This document shows positions 29,823 through 39,135 of a stretch of DNA of 64,000 nt, piece after piece (positions within the stretch are counted from its first letter, which is position 1; each line of letters begins with the position of its first letter). The notes beneath the pieces are model-generated. The model made no database searches and was not told the DNA's origin. It saw only the letters and a program-made list of their open reading frames with translations. The translations under genes were made by a program, and so were the position numbers. The stretch is from an uncultured Chloroflexia bacterium (GTDB lineage: Bacteria > Chloroflexota > Limnocylindria > Limnocylindrales > CSP1-4): NCBI GenBank assembly GCA_963746845.1, contig CAVVCZ010000005.1, positions 448,001 to 512,000 of the forward strand, read 5' to 3'.

Positions 29823-31130
29823 ATGGCCGAACCCCTGACCATCCTGTTCATGCCCGAGTCGGCGTACGGGCCGACGAACAACTGCATCGGGATCGGCGAC
29901 GTGCTCCGGCGCCGCGGGCACCGGGTCGTGTTCGCCGCGGAGGCGTCGTGGGCCGGCCGGCTCGAGCCGCTCGGGTTCGTCGAGGATCTGGTCGACCTCG
30001 CGCCGCCCCCGCCTTCGGACGCACCGGCCCAGGACGCCGGTCAGTTCTGGAAGGACTTCATCCGCGACACCGCGCCGGAGTTCCGCAAGCCGACGATCCA
30101 GCAGCTCGACACGTTCATGGTCCCGACGTGGCAGGCCCTGATCGACGGAGCGAGGTACTGCGAGCCGCACCTGCGCGAGATCATCGCCCGCCAGGGGCCG
30201 GACGTCATCGTCGAGGACAACGTCGTCGCCTTCCCGGCGCTCGAGACGGCCGGCAAGCCGTACGTCCGGATGGTGTCGTGCAATCCGCTCGAGATCCGCG
30301 GGCCGGGGATCGCGCCGACCTACTCGGGCCTGCCGGCCGATGACCCGTCGGAATGGGAAGCCTTCCGCGAGGAATATGACCGCACGCATCGGCCGACCTG
30401 GGAGGCCTTCGACGCCTGGTGCCGCGAGCATGGCACGGAGCCGCTCCCCGAGCTGGAGTTCGAGCATCCGTCGCGCGACCTGAACATTTACGTCTACCCG
30501 CAAGTCGCCGATTACGTCGACCGCCGCCCGCTCGATCCGCGGCTGTGGCAGCGGCTGGACTCCTCGGTCCGGGCGACCGACGCCGCCTTCGAGCTCCCGG
30601 AGGCGATTGCAGACCGGCCTGCCGGGTCCGGGCTCGTCTACCTGTCGCTCGGCTCGCTCGGCAGCGCGGACGTCTCGCTGATGCGGCGGCTGGTCGAGGT
30701 CCTCGGCGACACGCCCCACCGGTACATCGTCTCCAAGGGGCCCCAGCACGCGGACTACGACCTCGCGCCGAACATGTGGGGTGCGGAGTTCCTGCCGCAG
30801 ACCTCGATCATCCCGCTCGTCGACCTCGTGATCACCCACGGCGGCAACAACACGACGACCGAGGCATTCCACTTCGGCAAGCCGATGGTCGTGCTGCCGC
30901 TGTTCTGGGACCAGTACGACAACGCCCAGCGGGTCGACGAGACCGGGTTCGGGGTCCGGCTGCCGACGTACGCGTTCGAGCCGGCCGACCTGGCGGGCGC
31001 GATCGACGGCCTCCTGACCGACGGCGAGCTGCGGACGAGGATGGCCGGGATCGGGGCGGAGATCCGGGCACGGGACGGGGTCGCGAAGGCCGCGGCCGCG
31101 ATCGAGTCGGTGGGGCTGGCGCACCGGTGA
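29823..31130 (+). CDS. GT1 family UDP-glycosyltransferase (MGT-like)
   Basis: RRGHRVVF, VYLSLGS, FLPQ..I....DLVITHGGNNTTTEA, PLFWDQ. Confidence 0.9.
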   Translation: MAEPLTILFMPESAYGPTNNCIGIGDVLRRRGHRVVFAAEASWAGRLEPLGFVEDLVDLAPPPPSDAPAQDAGQFWKDFIRDTAPEFRKPTIQQLDTFMVPTWQALIDGARYCEPHLREIIARQGPDVIVEDNVVAFPALETAGKPYVRMVSCNPLEIRGPGIAPTYSGLPADDPSEWEAFREEYDRTHRPTWEAFDAWCREHGTEPLPELEFEHPSRDLNIYVYPQVADYVDRRPLDPRLWQRLDSSVRATDAAFELPEAIADRPAGSGLVYLSLGSLGSADVSLMRRLVEVLGDTPHRYIVSKGPQHADYDLAPNMWGAEFLPQTSIIPLVDLVITHGGNNTTTEAFHFGKPMVVLPLFWDQYDNAQRVDETGFGVRLPTYAFEPADLAGAIDGLLTDGELRTRMAGIGAEIRARDGVAKAAAAIESVGLAHR

Positions 31131-31954
31131 GTCCCGCCGCCACGGCGACACCCGTCCACGAGATGCGCGCCGTCCGCGCGACCCGCTACGTCACCGCGTT
31201 CCGCGAGGGCGGGTCGCTGCCCGGGCTCGTCGAGGCGGACGATGACGGGATGTACGTCGTGAAGTTCCGCGGCGCCGGGCAGGGCCCGCGCGTCCTCGTC
31301 GCGGAGTGGCTCGCCGGCGAGATCGCCCGCGCGCTCGGGCTGCTCGTCCCGGACATCGTCTCCGTCGATCTCGTCAAGGCGATCGCGGACCCCGAGCCCG
31401 ACCCGGAGATCCACGACCTGCTCGTCGCGAGCGTTGGGCGCAACATCGGCCTCGACTTCCTGCCGGGCTCGCTGACCTTCAACCCGGCGGTCGACCGGGT
31501 GGCCGATCCGGACTGGGCGGCCGCGGTGGTCTGGCTCGACGGGCTGGTGACGAACCCCGATCGCTCGCCGAAGAACCCGAACCTGCTGACCTGGGGCGGC
31601 CGGACCTGGCTGATCGACCACGGGGCGTCCCTGTACATCCACCACACCTGGCGCGCTCCATCCGCGCACGCGCGTCGGCCGCACGCCGAGCGGCTGTCCG
31701 ACCACGTCCTGCTGCCGTTCGCGTCGTCGATCGCCGACACCGATGCCCGTCTGGCTTCGCTGCTGACGGCCGAGCTGCTGGAGTCGCTGGTCGCGGCCAT
31801 CCCCGATGACTGGCTGGCGCCGGATCCGGTGATCGGGTCCGCCGCCGATCAGCGGCTGGCATACGTCGCCTACCTCCGAGGCCGGTTGGAGGCGCCGCGG
31901 CCGTTCGTCGAGGACGCCGATCGCCTCCGCCTCGCCGCCGGGGCAGCTGCGTGA
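31127..31954 (+). CDS. HipA-like (HipA_2 type) Ser/Thr kinase
   Basis: REGGSLP loop, YVVKFRGAGQG, VAEWL, NPDRSPKNPNLL, LIDHG; GTGA overlap with the GT1 gene. Confidence 0.85.
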   Translation: MSPAATATPVHEMRAVRATRYVTAFREGGSLPGLVEADDDGMYVVKFRGAGQGPRVLVAEWLAGEIARALGLLVPDIVSVDLVKAIADPEPDPEIHDLLVASVGRNIGLDFLPGSLTFNPAVDRVADPDWAAAVVWLDGLVTNPDRSPKNPNLLTWGGRTWLIDHGASLYIHHTWRAPSAHARRPHAERLSDHVLLPFASSIADTDARLASLLTAELLESLVAAIPDDWLAPDPVIGSAADQRLAYVAYLRGRLEAPRPFVEDADRLRLAAGAAA

Positions 31955-32334
31955 TGGCCGGCCACTCGTTCCAGTACGCCATCGTCCGCATCGTCCCGCG
32001 GGTCGAGCGGGGCGAGACGCTGAATGCCGGCGTGATCCTCCTCTGCCGGCCGAAGCGGTTCCTCGCCGCCCGCGTTGCGCTCGACGCGGACCGCCTGCGG
32101 GCGATCGCGCCGGAGGTCGACCCGGCGACGATCGAGACGCACCTCGCAGGCATTCAGCGGATCGCCGCCGGAGATGCCGCCGGCGGCCCGATCGCGGCGC
32201 TCGGCCAGGCGGAGCGGTTCCACTGGCTCGTCGCCCCGTCCTCGACCGTGATCCAGCCGTCCGAGGTCCACACCGGGGTCTGCGACGACCCCGCCGACGA
32301 GCTCGACCACCTGTTCGACCGCCTCGTCCGCTGA
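31951..32334 (+). CDS. DUF3037 domain protein
   Basis: FQYAIVRIVPRVERGE..NAGVIL, ERFHWLVAPSSTVIQPS..HTG. Confidence 0.88.
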   Translation: MMAGHSFQYAIVRIVPRVERGETLNAGVILLCRPKRFLAARVALDADRLRAIAPEVDPATIETHLAGIQRIAAGDAAGGPIAALGQAERFHWLVAPSSTVIQPSEVHTGVCDDPADELDHLFDRLVR

Positions 32335-32532
32335 GGCTGGCGCGATCCGGCCTGCCCGGCGGCCGGCTGCCGGAGGGATGACCCGGCGCCGGCACCTGGC
32401 GCATTGAAGGTGCGGTCACGGCCGCCGTTCCAGCCTCGACGCCAGCGCTCGATCACGGACCAAGAGTGGGCCGTTGCCAGTACGGCTGGTCGATGGCCCG
32501 GTCGGGGCGCCGTTCGTACGGTCGGCGGCGCG

Positions 32533-33309
32533 ATGGATGCCGCCTCTCCGACCACGACCCCGGTGCCGGCCGCGACCTCGGTGGATGCGCCGGTCTTTGC
32601 CCGGATCGGCGCGCCGCGCTGGACGGCGCTCATCGTCGCGGCGGCGATCGGGTTCGCCGCGCTCGGGATCGGGTCGAGCCGCCTTCCTCCGTCCGCAGCG
32701 CCGGCCGCGACCCTCGTCACGGCGACTGCGACGACGGTGACCCACCTCGGCCGCGCGTCCGTCGCCCGCCCGGGGAACGACCTGGCGGCGGGCGACACGG
32801 TCACCGTTGGCGGCGCGGGTTCGGCCACGGTCGTTCTGGGCGACGGGGAGGCCCGTCTGGCACCCGGGGCCGTGATCCGGATCGACGAGCTGGACGCGGA
32901 CGGCATCGCCCTCGAGCAGCTCGAGGGACACGTCTACCACCGGATCGCCCCGGCCGCCGGGCCCTACGTGGTCCGGACCGGCTCGGTGTCGTGGGCGGCA
33001 CGCGGCACCGCGTTCGACCTCGATCGGAAGCCGGTCGTCGGGACGACGCTCGAGCAGGTCACCGCGATCGCGGTCGCCGGTTCGATCCTCCTCCACGAGC
33101 CGACCGTCGACGGAACGCTCGTCGAGGGTCGGCAGGCGATCGTCCGGATCGGCACCGAGTCCCCGGAGATCACGACGGCCGAGGTGCCGGACGGCTGGCT
33201 CGGCAACCCGTGGGTGATCGAGAACGCCGCACGGGATGAGGCGGAGGGGGCGGACCCCGGCATCCTTGCGCCGTTGCGCCGCGACGTCAGGGCGAGCCCG
33301 GGCCGGTAG
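32533..33309 (+). CDS. Membrane-anchored FecR-domain protein
   Basis: One TM helix, L..GD.V.VG..GSA.V, LEGHVYHR, Y.VRT....ARGTAF. Confidence 0.65.
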   Translation: MDAASPTTTPVPAATSVDAPVFARIGAPRWTALIVAAAIGFAALGIGSSRLPPSAAPAATLVTATATTVTHLGRASVARPGNDLAAGDTVTVGGAGSATVVLGDGEARLAPGAVIRIDELDADGIALEQLEGHVYHRIAPAAGPYVVRTGSVSWAARGTAFDLDRKPVVGTTLEQVTAIAVAGSILLHEPTVDGTLVEGRQAIVRIGTESPEITTAEVPDGWLGNPWVIENAARDEAEGADPGILAPLRRDVRASPGR

Positions 33310-33327
33310 CCTCCCGCCGCTCCTCCC

Positions 33328-34104
33328 CTACTCCCCGCCGAACCGCGGCGGCCGTCGCTCGAGGAACGCCGCGATGCCCTCCGCGTGGTCCGCTGTCGCA
33401 CCGGCCAGACCCTGGAGCTCCGCCTCTCGTTCGAGCTGCTCCTCGAGGGTCGCGTCCCAGCTTCGCTCGAGGGCGTCCTTCGTGAGGGCGAGGGCGACGG
33501 GCGCACCGGCGGCCAGCCGCGCGGCCAGCGCCTGCGATTCCGCGAGCAGGTCGGCCGCCGGCACGACTCGCGCGACCAGCCCGAACCGCTCGGCGTCGAC
33601 CGCCGAGAGCGGATCCGTCGTCAGAACCAGCTCGGCGGCCTTCGCACCCCCGACCAGCCGTGGCAGGAGCCACGTCGCCCCCGTGTCCGGGATCAGCCCG
33701 ACCCGCCCGAAGGCGAGGATGAACGACGCGCCTTCGGACGCGATCCGGATGTCGCAAGCGAGGGCCACTGACGCTCCGGCGCCCGCCGCGACCCCGTTGA
33801 TCGCGCCGACGATCGGCTTGCCGAGGCGGCGCATTGCGAGGACGAGCGGGTTGTAGCGCGTCCTGATCTCGTCCGCGAGGGGCAGCGTGTCGGGCTCGAG
33901 CCGCTCGCGCAGATCCTGGCCGGCGCAGAACGCGCGCCCGGCCCCGGTGAGGACGACCGCCCGGACGGAGCCCTCGCCGGCGAAGCCCTCGAAGGTCGCC
34001 CGGAGCGCCTCCTTGAGCGGGACGGTCAGCGCGTTGAGAGCATCGGGGCGATCGAGCGTGACCGTCGCGACGCCATCGACGACGTCGACGCGGAGGTCCG
34101 TCAC
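33328..34104 (-). CDS. paaG: Enoyl-CoA hydratase/isomerase, PaaG type
   Basis: GRAFCAGQDL, YNPLV, NGVAAGAG, GLIPDTG, DHAEGIAAF. Confidence 0.8.
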   Translation of the reverse strand: MTDLRVDVVDGVATVTLDRPDALNALTVPLKEALRATFEGFAGEGSVRAVVLTGAGRAFCAGQDLRERLEPDTLPLADEIRTRYNPLVLAMRRLGKPIVGAINGVAAGAGASVALACDIRIASEGASFILAFGRVGLIPDTGATWLLPRLVGGAKAAELVLTTDPLSAVDAERFGLVARVVPAADLLAESQALAARLAAGAPVALALTKDALERSWDATLEEQLEREAELQGLAGATADHAEGIAAFLERRPPRFGGE

Positions 34105-34153
34105 CGGTCGTGGCGGCCGCGTGCGCGCCGTCGAGCCGTCGGACCCGGTTCCG

Positions 34154-34954
34154 TCAGGCAGGCGTCGCGAGGCCTGCGGCCTCGACCAGCCGCCCGTCGA
34201 CGAGCTCGAACACCCGCCGGTCGACCGGCTCGTCGGCCCCACCGGACGCCTCGAGGACGAAGTCGACGAACAGGCCCGCGAACTCCGGGTCGGTCGAGCG
34301 AAGGGCGCCCGCGACGAGCAGGTGCCGCTCCGGCAGCCCGATCAGGACGCGCCCAGCGCCGCCGAGCTCCGACCCGAGCTTCTCGACGACGTCGGGCAGC
34401 AGGATCCGCGCCGCGTCCCAGCCGTCGCCGGTGTCGCTCGAGATCAGGCGCCGCTCGCCGGAGACCTCGTCGGTCCACGGTGCGGTCGCCGACCACGTCG
34501 CGAGGTTCGCCAGCGCCGCCTCCTGGATCGCCCCGGTGGTCACCCCCCACGACAGCAGGTGGTCGCCGTTGACGATCACGTCGAAGCCGCCCGCGTGGAG
34601 GACGTAGACCACCGCGAGCCCGCCGGGCCCGTCGTCGACGAGTGGCTGGGAGTGGCTGCGCGCCGCGTCGGCCGCCAGCGCGTCGGGGTCCAGGTCCGCG
34701 ACCCGCAGCCCCTGGGCACCGGGCGGCCGGAGGGCCGGAAAGATGATCGCCGAGGCGGCGTCCCAGCTCTGCTCGGGGGAATCCGCGATCGAGGTCGTCG
34801 ACTCCGGCGCCGGCTGGTGGCCCGATACGGGCGACGACGCGTCGATCGGGGAGAGGAAGTCCGGCGCGGTGTCGCGGATGCTCCCCGGCGGCTCGTCCCC
34901 GAGATCCCGGGTGTCCGCGCCGTAGTCGCTGGCCTCGTTGGGCTCACGTTCCAT
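34154..34954 (-). CDS. Hypothetical protein, DUF1444/YtpQ-like
   Basis: LAVVYV, EAALANL, DGWDAARILL and IGLPERHLL resemble DUF1444 motifs; acidic N-terminus. Confidence 0.55.
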   Translation of the reverse strand: MEREPNEASDYGADTRDLGDEPPGSIRDTAPDFLSPIDASSPVSGHQPAPESTTSIADSPEQSWDAASAIIFPALRPPGAQGLRVADLDPDALAADAARSHSQPLVDDGPGGLAVVYVLHAGGFDVIVNGDHLLSWGVTTGAIQEAALANLATWSATAPWTDEVSGERRLISSDTGDGWDAARILLPDVVEKLGSELGGAGRVLIGLPERHLLVAGALRSTDPEFAGLFVDFVLEASGGADEPVDRRVFELVDGRLVEAAGLATPA

Positions 34955-34957
34955 CGG

Positions 34958-35798
34958 TCAGCGTCCCTTCCACTCCGGTCGGCGCTTCTCGACGAAGGCC
35001 GCCATCCCTTCTGTTTGGTCCTCGGTCGCGAACAGGGCGAAGAACGCGCGACGCTCGTGCAGGAGGCCGGCCGACATGGGCAGCTCCTCCGCGAGCCGGA
35101 CGGCCTCCTTGGCCGCCAGGATGGCGACCGGCGCCTGGGCGGCGATCGCCGAGGCCAGCGCGAGCGCCGCCGGGACGGTCTCCTCGGCCGGGACGACGCG
35201 GCTGACGAGCCCCATCGACTCGGCCTCGCGGGCGCTGATCGTCCGTCCGGTCAGGATCAGGTCCATCGCCCGGGCCCGGCCGATCGCCCGGGTCAGCCGC
35301 TGGGTCCCCCCCGCGCCGGGCATGACGCCGAGGTTGATCTCGGGCTGCCCGAACCGTGCGTCCTCCCCGGCCACGATCAGATCGGAGCTCAGGGCGAGCT
35401 CGCAGCCGCCACCGAGGGCGAACCCGCGGACCGCGGCGACGACGGGCTTGCGAACGGCCGCGATCCGCTCCCAGACGGCGAACCGGTCCTCGACGAGGAG
35501 CGTGACCGGGGTCTGCCGGCCCAGCTCGCGGATGTCGGCGCCCGCGGCGAACGCCCGATCGCCCGAGCCGGTGAGGACGATCGCCCGACAGACCGGGTCC
35601 CGATCGAGAGTGCGCGAAGGCGTCGGCAATCGCATCTAGCAGGTCGAAGCTCAGGGCGTTGAGGACCTGCGGACGCTGGATCGTGACCAGTGCGACGCCG
35701 TCGAGCGGACCGTCCGCGCCGACCGCGGGAATGGCGACGCTCACGAGCCGGTCGTCGGCCGGCTGATCCGTGGCGGTCGGCGAGGTCTGGGTCAACAC
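34958..35798 (-). pseudogene. paaF: Enoyl-CoA hydratase, PaaF type, split by a frameshift near 35612
   Basis: VALVTIQRPQVLNALS lies in one frame; AFAAGADI, ALGGGCEL, FGQPEI lie in another; removing one base at GCG[C]ACT joins them. Confidence 0.75.
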
Positions 35799-35871
35799 GC
35801 TCCCTCCGTCGACGCCCACAGTACCAGCGCGCGGGGCCGAACGAAACAGCCCGGATCGTGTCGGCCGGTTG

Positions 35872-36195
35872 TCAGGCGCCGGGGTCGGAGTCCTCGAGGA
35901 CGAGCAGCGTCGAGAGCCCCGGGGCGATCTCGCGCAGGTTCCGGCCGGCCTGGCGCATCGCGTCGGAGGCCAACCCGGCATCGAGCGCGGCGCGGTCGTC
36001 GAAGTCCATCGCGGTGATGATCACGAGGTCCGTCTCGGCGCCGAGCGCCGCCTCGACCCGCTGGACGCGGGTCGCCTGGAGGCCCGGCGTCTGCGCCACG
36101 AGCGGCAGGTGCTCCGCGTGGTATCGGCTCAGGAACGTCGCGAGGGCGGCCTCGCCACCGTCGGGCCGGCGGAACAGCGCGAGCAGGGTCGTCAT
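35872..36195 (-). CDS. EthD family protein
   Basis: F..RY..EHLPLV..TPGL, MDFDDRAAL..GLAS. Confidence 0.85.
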   Translation of the reverse strand: MTTLLALFRRPDGGEAALATFLSRYHAEHLPLVAQTPGLQATRVQRVEAALGAETDLVIITAMDFDDRAALDAGLASDAMRQAGRNLREIAPGLSTLLVLEDSDPGA

Positions 36196-37004
36196 GCGGT
36201 CTCCTCGTGGCCGGTGGTCGCGCCGCGGGTGGCACGGTCGCGGGCGATCGGTTCGGTCGTGCGGAGGAACCCGCTGACCGCCTCGTTGAACAGCGCGGGC
36301 TTGCGGGACATGACCTCGTGCCCGCAGTCCGGGGCGACGAACAGCCGCCCGTCGCCGAGATGCCGGCGCAACCCGTCCGCGTGCTCGATCGGGACGAACG
36401 GATCGCGATCGCCGCAGACGACGAGGCTCGGAGCGTCGATCCCGCGCAGGTCACGAGGCGTCAGGAGCGGCTGGCTCCCGATGTCGGCGGCGATCGCCGG
36501 CAGGAGCCGGCGCCAGGCCCCGACGCCCTGGCCCTCGTCATGACGGCGGCCGAGCAGCGCCGCCCAGGCCGGGTCCTCGCGATCCGCCCGGTCCGGATCC
36601 ATCAGCCGGCGCCCGACCGACGTCCTCGGCTCGCGCTCGCTCGTGATCCCGACGATGGTCATCGTCCGGAGCCGCTCCGGGTGCCGGGCCGCGAACATCA
36701 GCGCGGTCATCGCGCCCATCGAGAAGCCGATGACATGGAACGTCTCGAGCGCCAAGGTGTCCGCGAACGCCGTCAGGTCGTCGACGAGCCAGTCGTACCG
36801 GAAGCCGTTCGTCACGTCCCAGCGGGTGAGCCCGTGTCCGCGCGCGTCGGGCACGAAGCACGTGAACGCCTTCCGGAGGAGCGGGATCTGCGCGGCGAAG
36901 TCCTCGCGCCCGAGTGACGTCGCGCCATGGAGCAGGAGCAATGGGGGGCCGGCGCCATGGACCTCGTAGGCGATGTCGAGGCCGTTCGCCCGGATCGTCG
37001 GCAC
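36192..37004 (-). CDS. Alpha/beta fold hydrolase
   Basis: LLLHG, DARGHG, GFSMG, GDRD, GH. Confidence 0.9.
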   Translation of the reverse strand: MPTIRANGLDIAYEVHGAGPPLLLLHGATSLGREDFAAQIPLLRKAFTCFVPDARGHGLTRWDVTNGFRYDWLVDDLTAFADTLALETFHVIGFSMGAMTALMFAARHPERLRTMTIVGITSEREPRTSVGRRLMDPDRADREDPAWAALLGRRHDEGQGVGAWRRLLPAIAADIGSQPLLTPRDLRGIDAPSLVVCGDRDPFVPIEHADGLRRHLGDGRLFVAPDCGHEVMSRKPALFNEAVSGFLRTTEPIARDRATRGATTGHEETA

Positions 37005-37095
37005 GCGGATGGCTCCTCCCGGTGGATGGTGGGAAGAGAGTCTAGGACTGCGCTCAGCAAGCCGATCCCCTGACCCCGCCGCCTACAATCCGGGG

Positions 37096-38517
37096 ATGAC
37101 CCCCGAGCCGACCTCGGCCACCCGCATCGAGCGCGATTCGATGGGCGAGATGGACGTTCCCGCGGACGCGCTGTACGGCGCGTCGACCCAGCGGGCCGTC
37201 CTGAACTTCCCGATCTCCGGCCAGCGATTCCCGCGCGCGTTCATCCGGGCCCTCGCCCTCATCAAGCAGGCCGCGGCCGAGACCAATGGCCAGCTCGGCC
37301 TGCTCGAGCCGGACGTGGCCGCTGCGATCGCGGCCGCCGCCGCCGAGGTCGCCGATGGTGGCTACGACGAGCAGTTCCCGATCGACATCTACCAGACCGG
37401 CTCCGGCACGTCGACGAACACGAACATGAACGAGGTCGTGGCGCACCTGGCGACGGAGCGACTGGCCGCGTCCGGCAACGCGACGAAGGTCCACCCGAAC
37501 GACCACGTCAACAAGTGCCAGTCCTCGAACGACACGATCCCGACGGCGCTCCAGCTGTCGGGAGCGACGGAGATCCAGGAGCGGCTGCTTCCCGCGCTCG
37601 ACCGCCTGCACGGCGCGCTCGACGCGAAGGCGGATGAGCTGTGGCCGGTCGTGAAGACGGGGCGGACGCACCTCCAGGACGCGACCCCGATCCGGCTCGG
37701 CCAGGAGTTCCGCGGCTATGCGGGCCAGGTCGAGGAGTCGATCCGCCGGGCACGGGCCGCACAGGCCGAGCTGCTGTCGGTGCCGCTCGGGGGCACGGCC
37801 GTCGGGACCGGGATCAACGCCCATCCGGCGTTCGCCGCGGCAGCCACGCGCCGGCTGTCCGGGCTGACCGGCCTCGAGGTCCGCGAGACCGACAACCACT
37901 TCCACGCCCAGGCGTCGCTCGACGCGGCGATCGCGGCCCACGGCGCGATCCGGACGATCGCCCTGTCGCTCTGGAAGATCGCGTCCGACCTCCGCCTGCT
38001 CGCGATGGGCCCACGGGCCGGCATCGCCGAGATCGCGCTGCCGGAGACCCAGCCCGGGTCGTCGATCATGCCCGGCAAGGTCAACCCGGTGATCCTCGAG
38101 AGCCTGACGATGGTCGTGGCCCGGGTCGTCGGCAATGACGCGACCGTCGCGTTCGGGCAGACCGGCTCGTTCCTCGAGCTGAACGTCATGCTGCCGGTCA
38201 CCGCGGCCGCGCTGCTCGAGTCGATCACGCTCCTCGGAGCGGCGGCCGGCAACGTCGCGGAGCGCGCGGTGACCGGGCTGACGGCCACGGAGCGTGGGCC
38301 GGCCCTCGTCGAGCAGGGCCTGATGCTCGCGACGGCGCTCGCCCCGGAGATCGGCTACGACGCGGCGGCCGCCCTCGCCAAGGAGGCATTCAAGACCGGT
38401 CGCACGATCCGCGAGCTGGCCACGGAGCGCGGCATCGCCGCGGACCGCCTCGACGAGCTGCTCGATCCCGCGGCGATGACCGAGCCGGGCCTCGGCGGCG
38501 GTCCCGCGGGAGGCTGA
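37096..38517 (+). CDS. fumC: Class II fumarate hydratase
   Basis: QTGSGTSTNTNMNEV, HPNDHVN, KTGRTHLQDATP, GSSIMPGKVNP; TACAAT 6 nt upstream of ATG. Confidence 0.92.
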   Translation: MTPEPTSATRIERDSMGEMDVPADALYGASTQRAVLNFPISGQRFPRAFIRALALIKQAAAETNGQLGLLEPDVAAAIAAAAAEVADGGYDEQFPIDIYQTGSGTSTNTNMNEVVAHLATERLAASGNATKVHPNDHVNKCQSSNDTIPTALQLSGATEIQERLLPALDRLHGALDAKADELWPVVKTGRTHLQDATPIRLGQEFRGYAGQVEESIRRARAAQAELLSVPLGGTAVGTGINAHPAFAAAATRRLSGLTGLEVRETDNHFHAQASLDAAIAAHGAIRTIALSLWKIASDLRLLAMGPRAGIAEIALPETQPGSSIMPGKVNPVILESLTMVVARVVGNDATVAFGQTGSFLELNVMLPVTAAALLESITLLGAAAGNVAERAVTGLTATERGPALVEQGLMLATALAPEIGYDAAAALAKEAFKTGRTIRELATERGIAADRLDELLDPAAMTEPGLGGGPAGG

Positions 38518-38541
38518 CCTCCGGGCCGGACGCGAGCCCGA

Positions 38542-39117
38542 TCAGCCGCCGCACCCCCGGGCGACGCGGGGCGGGATCAGCCCGATCTCGCCGAGCGGAA
38601 CCGGCTGTGGTCCCTTCGTGATCCGGTTCGGCAACACGGTCAGGACGCCCCGGTCATCGACCTCGATGGCCAGCCGATCCATCCCACGATCGGCCGGTCC
38701 GAGACCCGCGGCCTTGATCCCGTGCCCGTCGTAGCGCGACTGATGGCACGGGCAGTGGAACCAGAAGTCCTCGACGCACGGGTTCGGCCGGCAGCCGAGG
38801 TGCGGGCAGACCTGCGAGAGGACACGCACGTTCAGTGCCGTGCCGTCCCCGCTCGGGTCGATCCCGGCCTGCCAGGGCCGGCCGGGATCCAGGGTCAGGA
38901 CGAAGGCCCGGGCGTCGGCGACGTACACGGGGAACCCGTCGCGGACCGGCAGGGCCGGGTTGGCCGCCACGAGATCGCCGAGGGTCCCGACCCGGACGCG
39001 GATCGCCGCGGCGGACGATGACGGCCAGAGGAACCCGAGGGAGCCCGCGAGGCCCTCGATCGCGACCACCCCCATTCCTGCGCCGAGCGATCGGCGGAGC
39101 AGCGTCCGCCGCGACAT
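38542..39117 (-). CDS. Tat-exported Rieske [2Fe-2S] protein (QcrA/PetC-like)
   Basis: MSRRTLL twin-arginine motif plus TM helix, CPHLGC and CPCHQSRY boxes. Confidence 0.88.
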   Translation of the reverse strand: MSRRTLLRRSLGAGMGVVAIEGLAGSLGFLWPSSSAAAIRVRVGTLGDLVAANPALPVRDGFPVYVADARAFVLTLDPGRPWQAGIDPSGDGTALNVRVLSQVCPHLGCRPNPCVEDFWFHCPCHQSRYDGHGIKAAGLGPADRGMDRLAIEVDDRGVLTVLPNRITKGPQPVPLGEIGLIPPRVARGCGG

Positions 39118-39135
39118 CGGGGCCATCGTGCCGGC

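Noticed and set aside
35595-35640. Programmed ribosomal frameshift in paaF
   Set aside because: No slippery heptamer or stimulatory structure seen; error or mutation is simpler.
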